Source of the DNA: Pedobacter sp.
GTDB taxonomy: Bacteria; Desulfobacterota; Desulfuromonadia; Desulfuromonadales; Syntrophotaleaceae
DNA length: 64,000 nt
NCBI GenBank assembly: GCA_050253415.1
Contig: JBFWJC010000006.1
Span: 124,702-188,701 of the forward strand
Reading direction: 5' to 3'
Shown piece by piece: positions 10,457 through 20,663 of the stretch. A model generated the notes under the pieces. The model was not told the origin of the DNA, did not search any database, and saw only the letters and a program-made list of their open reading frames with translations. The position numbers were made by a program, and so were the translations under genes. Numbering within the stretch: the stretch's first letter is position 1; each line of letters starts with the position of its first letter.

Positions 10457-11266
10457 TCAGGAAGTCTGACCAAAAACCCGCTTCAATAATTCAGTTGTCC
10501 GTTTCGCGGGGTTTTTGCGGATGGCGGCTTCTTCTTGCGCCAGGTAGTGAAAGATACCGGCCATCCCCTTTTCCACCACATAACCGGTGAGATCCGCCTT
10601 GATCTCCGGAGCGTACGGAATGGCGCTTACTTGCGCTACTGCCTGGTTGTAGACCCGCACCGCGCCGACCTCATTGAGGCTCTGATCGATTACCGGACGC
10701 ATGGCAGCCGCCAGTCCGGGCGTCATCTTGCGCTCAAAATAGCGGGTGGCGGCGTCATCCGGTCCTTTGAAAATGGTTTGGACATCCTGGATGCTCATCT
10801 CGCGGATCGCCTGCCAGAAGAGCTCCTTGGCTTTTGGGGTGGCCGTTTCTGCCGCCCGGTTCAGGCGCAGCTCCAGATCATTGAAAAGTCCGCCCAGCCC
10901 GATCTGCCCCAACATGGTCCGGGCAGCGGCCAGCTTGTTGGGAAGAGGGATACGGATAGCAGGATCGGCGTTGAAACCATCTGTTTTCCCCAATTGACCG
11001 ACCACGCTCTCGGTCCCGACCCGCAAGGCCTCCTTGAGGCCTGCGTCGATCTCACTGAGAGACAAGGCGCTGCCGGTCTGAGATCCGTTATTGATTTGAT
11101 TGATGACCTGCCCAACCTGCTGCCATTCGGCTTCGGTGCAGGCTCCAAGGCAAAGGGCGAGGACCAGAAGCGCCGTAATATGGAATATGTTCCATCTGCG
11201 AACAGGCTTTTGATGATTTGAATTCACTGGATTCTCCATTGTGTTTGATACGCTCATATTATGCAT
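10457..11266 (-). CDS. DUF4197 family lipoprotein
   Basis: Lipobox LGAC; GLKEAL, LNRAAE, AATRYF, EEAAIRKNP..RTTELLKRVF. True start uncertain. Confidence 0.88.
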   Translation of the reverse strand: MHNMSVSNTMENPVNSNHQKPVRRWNIFHITALLVLALCLGACTEAEWQQVGQVINQINNGSQTGSALSLSEIDAGLKEALRVGTESVVGQLGKTDGFNADPAIRIPLPNKLAAARTMLGQIGLGGLFNDLELRLNRAAETATPKAKELFWQAIREMSIQDVQTIFKGPDDAATRYFERKMTPGLAAAMRPVIDQSLNEVGAVRVYNQAVAQVSAIPYAPEIKADLTGYVVEKGMAGIFHYLAQEEAAIRKNPAKRTTELLKRVFGQTS

Positions 11267-11384
11267 AGGAACAAGCCATTGCGAGATTTTTAAGTAGTTG
11301 TGCTGGACGGGTACCGAAACCCCAAGCTTAAAAAACTACGCATTTATCATCCACAGATTTCCGCAGATTGACCCCAATACCATG

Positions 11385-11747
11385 TCATCCCCCTGCCCGT
11401 TTAACCGTCCAGCCTTGTTTCTTGAGCTCCTCCACCAGCAGAGCGCAGTGATCCCCCTGAATCTCGATCACCCCGTCCTTGACCGTGCCGCCGGAACCGC
11501 AGCGCTGCTTAAGGCGTGTGGCCAGCGCTTTGATACCCGTATCATCAAGAGGCACTCCGGTGATCAGGGTGACCCCCTTCCCCTTGCGCCCCTTGGTCTG
11601 GCGTGAAACCCTCACCACCCCATCCGAGGGTGGCGCCGTTTGCTTCGCGGCGCAGGTGCATTCCTTGATCGGCCGCCCACAGCCGGGACACATGCGTCCG
11701 TGCTCGCTGGAATAAACCAATCCGCCACTATTATTTTTTAATGCCAT
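11385..11747 (-). CDS. yciH: Translation initiation factor SUI1 family protein
   Basis: LVYS, KGRKGKGVT, CGSGGTVKDG, IEIQGD. Start overlaps the upstream stop (TAATG). Confidence 0.92.
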   Translation of the reverse strand: MALKNNSGGLVYSSEHGRMCPGCGRPIKECTCAAKQTAPPSDGVVRVSRQTKGRKGKGVTLITGVPLDDTGIKALATRLKQRCGSGGTVKDGVIEIQGDHCALLVEELKKQGWTVKRAGG

Positions 11748-13021
11748 TAGTTTCTCTCCCCGGCTCCTTGCAAATCGTCTGCCTGCCCGGATGGCGCCGA
11801 CACCTGTTGCCACAACGCGGTGAACGGGATGGAGCTGAAAGCGAACAGCAACCGCTCCTTTTTCTCCCCGGGGGTAAATCCCCGATCCAGTATCGCCGCC
11901 TCGATAGCCGGCATATGCATACCACCCCAGGGGACGATGACAGTGTCGTAACGATCAAGGCTCCGCTGCAGGGCGTCGATGACCACCTCGTTGCGCTTGG
12001 TGAGAATATCGTCCATCACCCCCGAGAAAACCTCCGGGGTCCCATGGACCTGCGCCCAGTCATGATATGCCGCAACCCCCTGCGCCAATGGCTTGTCACC
12101 AAGCAGGGTCCTGGCGAGAACGTTGAGAAACTCGATGGTCTGAGGGGCGAAGCGGCTGATATCCACGTCGGCCTGCACAATATCCGGTTTGGTCTCGTCC
12201 CGCTCGCGTTCACTCACCGGTTCCAGGTCGTCCAGTTCGAGCAGATTGCCGTCAAGCTTCATCGTCTCCTGGGAACTGAGGCCGACCAGGTTAGCCAGTC
12301 TGCCGTACTGAAACCGGCTCTTCAGCAACTGATTCTGATCGGTCACCCCCTCGGCGAGAACAATCGTCCCTTTCGCCGGCAGCGAAGCGACCAGTTCCTG
12401 GTAGTACCCCTTGCGGGCGATGTGCATCATCGCCACCAGGCGCACCACCTTGTCATCTTCATGATAACTGCGTTCGGAGGCATAGATGCCGACCGGACTC
12501 AGCCGCATGAAACCGGCGGTCTTCTGGTCGAGATAGTAGCCGGCCGACGCCATCAACGAATAGATCAGCACCAGAGGGAGCAGCAGCAGGTTGACTGCAG
12601 CAAAGACGAGGGTATTGCGCCAACCGAACAGCGGCCGCCGAAAAAGCTCCACGGGCAACATGCTGCTCCCGTAAGAAGTGCGCAGCGTAATCAGAGCGAT
12701 GCCACCGATGATAACCTGGCCGATAGCAGCCGCCAACCCAAGGGATTCGCTGGGAATCATGCCCAGCAGCGGCCACAGCATCAGGGAGCACCAGAAGATG
12801 TACAGGGTCAGCGGTAGAAAAATCCGCTTCGGCAGCCTCCGGTCGATTCCCATAAGGGCATAAATCACCAGGGAAAGAACGATCACCAGTAAGGCAACGA
12901 AATTGCGGACCGTGGAGAGAGCCGGCAGGTGTGCAACGAACATCGTCAACAGTTCATCGGTCAACGAAAGGCCGGCATCGATCAAAAACAGGACGATATA
13001 AAAATTGGCGAAACGTCGCAT
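11747..13021 (-). CDS. Membrane protein with a soluble C-terminal domain, possibly TraB/GumN-like
   Basis: About 5 TM helices, then MMHIA, VLAEGV, RNEVV, WGGMHMP. AGGA RBS before ATG 13021. Confidence 0.7.
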   Translation of the reverse strand: MRRFANFYIVLFLIDAGLSLTDELLTMFVAHLPALSTVRNFVALLVIVLSLVIYALMGIDRRLPKRIFLPLTLYIFWCSLMLWPLLGMIPSESLGLAAAIGQVIIGGIALITLRTSYGSSMLPVELFRRPLFGWRNTLVFAAVNLLLLPLVLIYSLMASAGYYLDQKTAGFMRLSPVGIYASERSYHEDDKVVRLVAMMHIARKGYYQELVASLPAKGTIVLAEGVTDQNQLLKSRFQYGRLANLVGLSSQETMKLDGNLLELDDLEPVSERERDETKPDIVQADVDISRFAPQTIEFLNVLARTLLGDKPLAQGVAAYHDWAQVHGTPEVFSGVMDDILTKRNEVVIDALQRSLDRYDTVIVPWGGMHMPAIEAAILDRGFTPGEKKERLLFAFSSIPFTALWQQVSAPSGQADDLQGAGERN

Positions 13022-13031
13022 AGGGATTCCT

Positions 13032-13244
13032 TGCGAGGACGATATCCTCGTCTTTCGAGTAGAGCGGCTACTTGCCTGTGCCAAGGTCGATGATCGAGAG
13101 CCTCGCATGCCCCAGGGCAACCGGGCTTTCCGGGTTCACGAACAGGCCGCTCTCGTCAGGTCCCCGATGATGCAGGGAAGAGACCGCCCTGCGTAATGTC
13201 TCCTCGGAAATTGCATGACGCGTTATTCCAACAATTCCGCACAT
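13032..13244 (-). pseudogene. asnB: 5' fragment of asparagine synthetase (glutamine-hydrolysing)
   Basis: MCGIVG...HRGPD...LGHARLSIIDL. TAG sits where the conserved QP is expected; similarity ends about 12 codons later. Confidence 0.85.
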
Positions 13245-13422
13245 AATGCCTCTCTCTCCCATGAAAGACCGATTTTAGCCGAAAACAACGTCCTGCAAGA
13301 GGGATTTGAGGAGGTATTTTCAACAAAAGTTATTCCAGTTCAATGAATTGGTTTGGTCCAGCCGCAATACACGAAAATAGATCTGTCCGGATTTTTTCTT
13401 GCGGCGAGGGGTAGAATCCATT

Positions 13423-13905
13423 TCAAAGTTCATCGAATGCATCGATATCATTAATGTACCTGGATATTAAATCAAATTTATAGAATGAGTTTCCTGTTTC
13501 GATCTCATGCACATATACAGGACATTTCGGTTTATTGAGATAAATATAAAATATTTCCTCACCGCCATCATTGCCAATAACAAACTTCTTTGACTCTACC
13601 CACTCCTTATAGTGCTTTTTACGTTGTGCCAATATTCTTTTTTTGGAACCGTGGTACAAAACCCTCTTAAGCCTACCGATAAACCTACCATCATCGATAT
13701 CGGAAAGATCATCCAAGTTCATTTTGTATGCTTTATTAATTTCGATAAGTCGCTGTGGATCTGTGATCAAATAATAAATAGAAGAATCCTCGTACTTAGA
13801 GAAAGGAGGATTGTCCAAAATATTTTTATAGAGATCTGGCAATATTATGCCCAACTCAATTTCAATTTCCCTGGAGGCACTCACTGGTATATTTATCTCC
13901 TGCAA
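13423..13905 (-). CDS. SMI1/KNR4 (SUKH) family immunity-like protein
   Basis: IEIELGIILPDLYKNIL, IGNDGG, PVY; AT-rich. Confidence 0.75.
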   Translation of the reverse strand: MQEINIPVSASREIEIELGIILPDLYKNILDNPPFSKYEDSSIYYLITDPQRLIEINKAYKMNLDDLSDIDDGRFIGRLKRVLYHGSKKRILAQRKKHYKEWVESKKFVIGNDGGEEIFYIYLNKPKCPVYVHEIETGNSFYKFDLISRYINDIDAFDEL

Positions 13906-14003
13906 TTAACATCCTGCATAATACAATAATGTAGGGAAAAGACAGCCCTGCGTAATGTCTTCTCGGAAATTGAATGGCCCGTTATTCCGACAATTCCGCA
14001 CAT
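13893..14003 (-). pseudogene. asnB: Second, shorter asnB 5' stub
   Basis: MCGIVGITGHSISEKTLRRAV; diverged copy of about 13167-13250. Confidence 0.75.
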
Positions 14004-14137
14004 AATGCTTCCTTTTGTCTTGGAAAGCCGATTGTATCCCAAAAAACAGCCTTTAAGAGGATTTTTAGGGGCTATTTACAGAAAAGGTATCACTATTCCG
14101 GTAGGTCAACTTGGTCAGACCTCAAAGGCGGCCAAGT

Positions 14138-14189
14138 TACAATCAGCTGGTCAGCCTCAACATTTTTATCAAAAGTTGAGATCTGACCC
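14138..14189 (+). repeat. ~50-bp direct repeat, second copy at 15550-15601
   Basis: TTACAATCA.CTG...CAACATTTTTATCAAAAGTTGAGATCTG present at both sites. Confidence 0.85.
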
Positions 14190-14226
14190 TTTTTTGCATT
14201 CTATTTACGCTGTGTCTCACCGCATC

Positions 14227-15156
14227 CTATCTACTTACAATCATCCCCACCTTTGGCGTGAACCCCCTTCCCCTTCTGTCGGCAAACTCAAAAGGTATAG
14301 ACCGTAGCTCCATACCAAAGTTTTTCTGAATGACGAAATGCAGATGAGGGCCTGATGAATATCCGGTATTTCCAGACTCGCCAATAAATTGTCCACGCTC
14401 AACTCGGGTCCCAGCAGGATATTGAATGGACTCCAGCTTCAAATGGGCATAAAGAGCCATGGTCCCATCATCGTGAAGAATCCTAATAAAGTTGGCTTTT
14501 TCGGTGAATGGTGCGGTTATACCGCCCGTGAAAAAATCATTGGCAACCTCCATAATAACACCCGATCTCGATGCACATATTCTGGTCCCCTGCGGCATAG
14601 CTATATCGACGGCATATATACTTTGGGGGTGCGTGTGAGTCGTATTCCCTTTGAAACCTTGTGATATGCGATATCCCCTACCGGCCTGAACGGGAAACAG
14701 ATAAGGCGCATAAGGGATATGATTGGCTCTGGGGTCGCCGGGCACAATACTGGTAGTGTATGAGTACTTAAACCCTTTGCGGTTATCGGCTTGCCATATA
14801 TGCACCAGCGGTTGGCTTTTTCGCGGCGGAACAATAGCGTTGTATATTTTGGGGCGATCCCAGTTTATATTTTTATTCTCATCCATTGTAAAAGAAAATT
14901 CTGCAGGTCCATAACAATCGTTTACGCCGTAAAGCCTTAAGTTCTCTTTGCTGCCCCGTGCCGAGATACTGAAACACACCTTTTTTGCGACTTCGACCTG
15001 CTTAACCTCAAACACTTGCGTATTCTCCACAGGCCTGTCGGAAAACACCAGAGAGCCGTTCGTACTTCGAGATTTATACAGCTTTTCAGCAGAGACATTT
15101 GCGGCTGAAAGAATGGGCAAGATGACGAAAACAAGGATTTTGGACCAGATGCTCAT
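14227..15156 (-). CDS. Exported M23 family metallopeptidase
   Basis: Signal peptide, H...YAVD, YAHL, GESGNTGYSSGPHLHF. Start taken at MSIWSK. Confidence 0.88.
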   Translation of the reverse strand: MSIWSKILVFVILPILSAANVSAEKLYKSRSTNGSLVFSDRPVENTQVFEVKQVEVAKKVCFSISARGSKENLRLYGVNDCYGPAEFSFTMDENKNINWDRPKIYNAIVPPRKSQPLVHIWQADNRKGFKYSYTTSIVPGDPRANHIPYAPYLFPVQAGRGYRISQGFKGNTTHTHPQSIYAVDIAMPQGTRICASRSGVIMEVANDFFTGGITAPFTEKANFIRILHDDGTMALYAHLKLESIQYPAGTRVERGQFIGESGNTGYSSGPHLHFVIQKNFGMELRSIPFEFADRRGRGFTPKVGMIVSR

Positions 15157-15214
15157 CTGAAAACAACCTTGAGTATTAAATCCTGTAGACCGAACTTTAA
15201 TCATAGGATTGCGC

Positions 15215-15441
15215 CTAATGAATGAGGTGTCCCCGGGACTTGGTAGTTGCCTCGCGCAGCAGTTCACCCTCTTTGTACAGGTTGCGGATATGCAAACCAA
15301 CGGTATCGGTGTCCCTTTCAAACAACTCCGCCATCTGTATCTGGGTCAACCATACCGTCTCATGGTCAAGCTGTACCTCAAGACGGGTCCACCATTCTCG
15401 GCCAAGTACAGCAGAATATCATTTTGTTCATCAGTCTGCAT
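15215..15441 (-). pseudogene. Frameshifted, truncated RhuM-family N-terminal fragment
   Basis: GGAG RBS; MQTDEQNDILLYLAENG, one-base shift, then TRLEVQLDHETVWLTQIQMAELF...HIRNLYKEGEL. Homologous to the N-terminus of 31591-32556. Cut at GGGGACAC. Confidence 0.8.
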
Positions 15442-15815
15442 AAACAAATCTCCGCTATTGGTACCGCGTCATTCCCTCACCTGCCGAGGTATGCCAAACG
15501 GTTCAAATCCTATAACACCGAGGCATATAAGGGGGAAGATTTTCATTCTTTACAATCAACTGAGCACCCCAACATTTTTATCAAAAGTTGAGATCTGCCC
15601 CTTCAGTGCATACTCATCGATTGAATTAGCGCTCCCTTCTCTGTACACCACACCGGTCAAATCAACCACTCTTTCCAAGCATGTAGAATCCGCTTTCTCC
15701 TGACCAGGCCGAACTTCCTCTTCCGGGTGAAGAAACGTGCAAACGAGGTAAACTTGATCGCAAGTCTGTTGCCGCACCACCTGCCCCCTTTTTATTTCGA
15801 GCAGAGGAGCGAACC

Positions 15816-16604
15816 ATGAACAAGCGTTGGTATGTCGGAATCCTGATCGTAGCTGCCGTGTTGGTGTATGCCGGCTGCAAGCAGAGTGAGAAGAAGGCTG
15901 AAGAACCTGTGCCCGTGGCAGGCGATCCTTACCTCGGTGGCCTGGTCTGGAACAACTGGGCCGATCAAGTGGCAGGCGGCTCCGGTTACCCGGCCGGATT
16001 CGATTCGAAAATGAAGGACTTTCTGCGCTGCAAGGCCTGCCACGGCTGGGATGCCGCGGGCTTAAACGGCGGCTATGTGCGGCGCACCGCCAAGGATTCG
16101 CGGCCGGCGCCGCTACCGACGGCAGATCTTACCACCAAGCTGGGTACCATCACCAAACAGCAGGTTCAGTATGCAAGCGGCCGCGAGTTCGCCGTCCTGG
16201 ATAAACGCATGCCGGCGTTTAACCAGCCGGGCGGCCTGACCGACAAACAGGTGGTCGACGTAATGGCCTTTTTGAACCAAGGCCCGAAAGTCACGGATTT
16301 CGCCCGCCTCGATATCGCACAAAACCCGGTGGCCTATACCTTTACTGGCGCCGATCCGAAGGCCGGAGGCGAACTCTACACCAACAGATGTGCCGCCTGT
16401 CACGATGTCGACGGCAAAGGCATAGATATGTCTCTGGGCAACTATTTCCGGGAGGATGGCAAGTACAGCGAAGGCTTCCACAAGATGGTCTACGGGGCCG
16501 GCGGCACCAGCATCATGACCCGCACGGCGAGCGGCGATCTTACCGGTCGGCAGGCCGCAGACATTCTGGCCTATATTCAGGCCAACCTGGGCAGCCGCTT
16601 CTAA
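15816..16604 (+). CDS. Diheme c-type cytochrome lipoprotein
   Basis: Lipobox YAGC; CKACH and CAACH; AGGAG RBS. Confidence 0.88.
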   Translation: MNKRWYVGILIVAAVLVYAGCKQSEKKAEEPVPVAGDPYLGGLVWNNWADQVAGGSGYPAGFDSKMKDFLRCKACHGWDAAGLNGGYVRRTAKDSRPAPLPTADLTTKLGTITKQQVQYASGREFAVLDKRMPAFNQPGGLTDKQVVDVMAFLNQGPKVTDFARLDIAQNPVAYTFTGADPKAGGELYTNRCAACHDVDGKGIDMSLGNYFREDGKYSEGFHKMVYGAGGTSIMTRTASGDLTGRQAADILAYIQANLGSRF

Positions 16605-16631
16605 AGGCTGTTATTTGAGTTGAATAAACAC

Positions 16632-16663
16632 AAACGCCCGTTGCCGTTGAGGCACGGGCGTTT
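16632..16663 (+). terminator. Hairpin after cytochrome gene
   Basis: AAACGCCCGT...ACGGGCGTTT. Confidence 0.6.
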
Positions 16664-16753
16664 GCCGTATCCAAATAATCCCGAAAACGCCCCCAAGACT
16701 TCCCTCATAAGCCTGAAATTGACGTCAAAATATTCCTTCAAATAAGTTTTAAG

Positions 16754-16790
16754 TGAAGTGGCCTACTAAACTCGGACACCAATAAAGGTG
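16754..16790. mobile_element. Orphan IS3-family-like terminal inverted repeat
   Basis: TGAAGTGGCCTACTAAACTCGGACACC resembles IS911-type ends as recalled. No transposase nearby. Confidence 0.45.
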
Positions 16791-17029
16791 ATATATTCAT
16801 TCACCTCAAAATATGGGCTTATAAGCAGTTTTTGAGGATAAATCATTTAGAAGTTACTCGAAATTTCAACAACTTGAATTGATCCGACACACAAGCCCTT
16901 TAATTAATCCAATAGAAACTCCTGTAAATTGGTTTTTCCATAGCAAATCTGAGCATTGGAGTCTTTAAAGAAAGTGGGGAGTGTCCCGCTTTTTCCGCTT
17001 TTTCAATGGGGATCCCCTGCCATCAGGGG

Positions 17030-17632
17030 TCATTGAGCCAGCTTTCGCAGATAGATCAGATTATCATTGACGTAATCGACCGTTACTTCTCGGTCGAACG
17101 TTTCCAATTTCGACAATATCACCGTTTCACCGGGATTCAGCCCATCGAGGAGCCTGCTGTACCAGCGTATCGCCGGTTCGGCGGAGTCGGAACGGGCCAG
17201 GCCGTCGCCTGCATCCATGGCGTCGCCCAAACTCCTTGCAAAGTAGATTTCCGCCAACAGATACTGAGCCACCTTATCACCGCTCTTGGCCATTTCGTTC
17301 GCAAGTTTAAACCATTTATCGCTTTCCTCCTCACTGGAGGTCGAATCATATCCCCTCTGCAGGAGAGCCCGCTTGGCCTCAAAATGCCCCTGGTCAGCAG
17401 CAGCCTCGCACCAGTGGCGCACCTTTTCCCATAGTTCGGGTTCCGGCTCGAACGGATCCTCGCTCTGATCGTACGCCTCTTCCTCGTAGATCATCGCCAA
17501 CTCATATTGAGCGTTCGCGTCGCCGGCGACGGCGGATTCCAGCAATGCCAGCTTGTGCTCGGCTTCACCGGCCATGGCGGGGATTGCCGCCCCCCAAAAT
17601 AAAATGCAGAGAATCAACACAAAGCGATACAT
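17030..17632 (-). CDS. Exported SEL1-like repeat protein
   Basis: Signal peptide (AMA); AQYELAMIY, WCEAAADQGH, AQYLLAEIY. Confidence 0.8.
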   Translation of the reverse strand: MYRFVLILCILFWGAAIPAMAGEAEHKLALLESAVAGDANAQYELAMIYEEEAYDQSEDPFEPEPELWEKVRHWCEAAADQGHFEAKRALLQRGYDSTSSEEESDKWFKLANEMAKSGDKVAQYLLAEIYFARSLGDAMDAGDGLARSDSAEPAIRWYSRLLDGLNPGETVILSKLETFDREVTVDYVNDNLIYLRKLAQ

Positions 17633-17861
17633 AACACATCCTTTCAGTTCGCAGGACTCAAAAATCCCTATCCCTAATCCTTACTTCCATTGACACAAAT
17701 TCATTTCCGGTGTTACACCATCTGCTCCGACATGTAAAGTTCCATTCCTTTTACATCGATGCACGGGTGGACTCTTTTCCACGGCCACAAACCGGAGCTC
17801 GCCACTCTCGGCGTGCTATCTTGCCGCACCGAAACCGAGACGCAGGCGCTAACCATGGCAC

Positions 17862-19355
17862 GTGGACCACTCGCAGGGAGGATCGTTGAGTACGACCAAT
17901 GCAGCTCTTGAGCTTCTGGAGCACAACCTCAGGGACCGCCCGGACAAGACCGCCTATCTCTGCTCCGGCAGGGCCCACACCTATCGCGAGCTTGGCGAGG
18001 CAGTCCGTTGCCTGGCCCGCCGGCTGCGGGAGCTGGGGCTCTCACCAGGGGAGCGCATCTTCATCGCCCTCCCGGACTGCTTTGCCTTCCCGGTGGCTTT
18101 TCTCGGCTGCCTGCTGTCCGGCGCCGTAGCGGTGGTGGTAAACCCGGAGCTCGACCAGGAGACACTGGCGCATATCGCCAACGACGCGGGCGCGCGCCTG
18201 CGAATCTGCCTGGAGGGGAGCGCGGCGAGGTGGCCGGCAGACTCCCTGAAGGAGATCGTCTGCAACGAGGTGGGCCCGCTGGAATGCACCGGCGCCGGGC
18301 TGGAGCTGTGTGACGCCTTCCAGCCGGCCGACAGCGACCTCGCCTACGTCCTCTATACCTCCGGCTCAACGGGCGCGCACAGGGGAGTGCCGCACCGGCA
18401 CCGATGCCTGGTGCTGCCGTGCGACCTGGTCGGCAAGGCCGTGCTGGGTCTGACAGGCGAGGACATCATCTTTTCCACGAGCAAGTGCTCCTTCGCCTAC
18501 GGGCTCATCAACAGCCTGGCCCTACCACTGCAGCTCGGCGCCACCGCCATCCTCTACCCGGGAAAGCCCGATCCGCCGGCGGTTCTCGAACTCATCCGCC
18601 ACCACAGTCCGTCGGTGCTCTTCTCGGTCCCCACGCTCTTCGCCCAGATCCTCCGCTCGTGGCCGGAGGGCCGGCAGCGGCTGCCGATGCGGCTCTGCTG
18701 CTCGGCGGGGGAGGCGTTGCCTGCGGCGCTGTTCGAGGAGTGGCAGCGGCTCACCGGTCTGGAAATCCTCGACGGCATCGGCTCCACCGAGATGGCCTAC
18801 CACTTCATCGCGAACGCCCCCGGACAGGCCGTCGCGGGATCGGCGGGGCGGCTGGTGCCAGGCTACCAGGCGCGGCTGGTGGACGAGCGCGGCGAAGATG
18901 TCGCTTCCGGACACATAGGGCAGCTGCTCATTGACGGGCCTACCCGGCCCCCGGACTGCGGGAGCTCGACGGAGGCTCCTCTGGCAACCGGCGACCTCTT
19001 CGTGGAACGGGACGGCTTTTACTATCATCGTGGCCGGAGCGACGATATGTTCAAATCGGCCGGCTGCTGGGTCTCCCCCACCGCCGTGGAGGAGGTCCTG
19101 CGAAGCCACCCGGCGGTGGCCGAGTGCGCCGTGGTGGCCACCCGGGTCGGCGGGCTCAGCGTCCCGGGCGCCTTCATCGTACTCGACCGTGCAGTGAATG
19201 GGTCGCCGGAACTGGTGGCAGAGCTGCGGCGACACTGCCAAGAGCGGCTCCCGGACCCCATGTGTCCGGCCCGGATCCGGTTCGTGACCGAGCTGCCGCG
19301 CACCGCCACCGGAAAAGTGCAGCGTTTCAAACTCAGAGAGCGGAACACGGCGTGA
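17862..19355 (+). CDS. AMP-dependent ligase, benzoate-CoA ligase-like
   Basis: YTSGSTG, SAGEALP, DGIGSTE, TGD, GRSDD, LPRTATGK. Visibly GC-rich. Start uncertain. Confidence 0.88.
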   Translation: MDHSQGGSLSTTNAALELLEHNLRDRPDKTAYLCSGRAHTYRELGEAVRCLARRLRELGLSPGERIFIALPDCFAFPVAFLGCLLSGAVAVVVNPELDQETLAHIANDAGARLRICLEGSAARWPADSLKEIVCNEVGPLECTGAGLELCDAFQPADSDLAYVLYTSGSTGAHRGVPHRHRCLVLPCDLVGKAVLGLTGEDIIFSTSKCSFAYGLINSLALPLQLGATAILYPGKPDPPAVLELIRHHSPSVLFSVPTLFAQILRSWPEGRQRLPMRLCCSAGEALPAALFEEWQRLTGLEILDGIGSTEMAYHFIANAPGQAVAGSAGRLVPGYQARLVDERGEDVASGHIGQLLIDGPTRPPDCGSSTEAPLATGDLFVERDGFYYHRGRSDDMFKSAGCWVSPTAVEEVLRSHPAVAECAVVATRVGGLSVPGAFIVLDRAVNGSPELVAELRRHCQERLPDPMCPARIRFVTELPRTATGKVQRFKLRERNTA

Positions 19356-19433
19356 TACGCCGACAACAAGAGGCGCCAGTGTCCCGTGCGGGTAGTCGTG
19401 TCAAATAATTCTGAGACATTTTTGGTACTGCCA

Positions 19434-19449
19434 AGGCGTCGCTAATGCA
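19434..19449 (+). promoter_or_regulatory. Possible sigma54 promoter
   Basis: AGGCGTCGCTAATGCA fits GG-N10-GC upstream of 19566. Confidence 0.3.
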
Positions 19450-19565
19450 GGCCTGGCCGTGCGCTAAGTCAAATTGGCGCAACGCAGGCAGGGCCGATAA
19501 GGGCCAGAATCAGAAGACAGGATTAACCGCACAGGGCACTAAACCGGAGCGCCCAAGGAGGAAAC

Positions 19566-20663
19566 ATGGCAGCACCGATGATCGATCGACTGAGGGAACT
19601 CGTGGTACAGGTCGGGGGCAACGCGCAGACGGCCCGCGAGCTGGAGCCGGATCAGGCCGTCGCGCACAACGCCCTCGACTCGCTCGGCTTCACCGCGTTC
19701 ATCGCGGCCATCGAGGAGCATTTCGCCATCCGGGTCAGCGACAAATCCTCGGTAAAGCTGCGCTCCCTGAAAGATTTCGCGCAGTTTGTCGAAGCTCAGC
19801 TCGAGCGGACGGCGGATGCCGACACGCCTGCGGCGGACAGCGGCTATGCCGAGGCGGGTGACTTCATGCTCGATGGAACGCCGCTCTACTACGAGATCGC
19901 CGGCAGCGGACCGCCCCTGCTCCTGTTGAACGGCATCGGCCTCGATCTGTCCGCGTGGGGTCCTCTGGTGCAAGCGCTCAGCGGCGAGCGCCAGCTGGTG
20001 CTCCTTGAAACCCGCGGGTCCGGCCTCTCCGGTCCGCCGCCGGAACCCTGTACCACGGCACGGCTCGCCGCCGATGCGCTCGCGCTCCTCGACCACCTCT
20101 CGCTCGACAAAGTGGACGTGCTCGGATTCTCCCTCGGCGGCCTTGTGGCGCAGGAGCTGGCGATCCTCGCGCCGAAGCGGATCCGCTCGCTGGTGCTCGC
20201 CGCCACCGCAGCCCATCTCCCGGGGCGGTCTCGCCGCGCCCTCGACGCCTGGCGGCGTCTCATCCTGGCGGGGGTAGAAGCCGACGCCTTCCGGCGCGAG
20301 CAGTTCGCCTGGATCTTCGGTCCTGCGACCCTTGAGAACGACGCGCTGATCGAGGGGGCCCTGGCGGCCCTCGCCGGCACGCCCGCCCCCTCGGCGCGAG
20401 GCTTCGCCGCGCAAGCCGACGCCTGCCTGGCCCACGACACCCGGGAGCGGGCTTCACGGATCGCCGCCCCGACCCTCGTCCTCGCCGGAGCGGACGACGT
20501 CCTCCTCCCCGCGACCGCAGCCGAGGCGCTCGCCGGGCTCCTGCCCCGGGGGCGGTTCGAGAGCCACCCCGGCGGCCACGCCTTCCTGACGGAGAGCACG
20601 AGCGCCGTTGCGACGTCGGTGCTGCAGTTCCTGGGCTCGGCCCGCGAAACATCGGGAAAATGA
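19566..20663 (+). CDS. Acyl carrier protein fused to alpha/beta hydrolase (thioesterase-like)
   Basis: N-terminal LDSL...IEEHF carrier motif; GFSLGG, GADD, GGH triad; AGGAGG RBS. Confidence 0.82.
   Translation: MAAPMIDRLRELVVQVGGNAQTARELEPDQAVAHNALDSLGFTAFIAAIEEHFAIRVSDKSSVKLRSLKDFAQFVEAQLERTADADTPAADSGYAEAGDFMLDGTPLYYEIAGSGPPLLLLNGIGLDLSAWGPLVQALSGERQLVLLETRGSGLSGPPPEPCTTARLAADALALLDHLSLDKVDVLGFSLGGLVAQELAILAPKRIRSLVLAATAAHLPGRSRRALDAWRRLILAGVEADAFRREQFAWIFGPATLENDALIEGALAALAGTPAPSARGFAAQADACLAHDTRERASRIAAPTLVLAGADDVLLPATAAEALAGLLPRGRFESHPGGHAFLTESTSAVATSVLQFLGSARETSGK

Noticed and set aside
13068..13070. Amber readthrough (pyrrolysine) in asnB
   Set aside because: Similarity ends about 12 codons after the TAG, so simple decay explains it.
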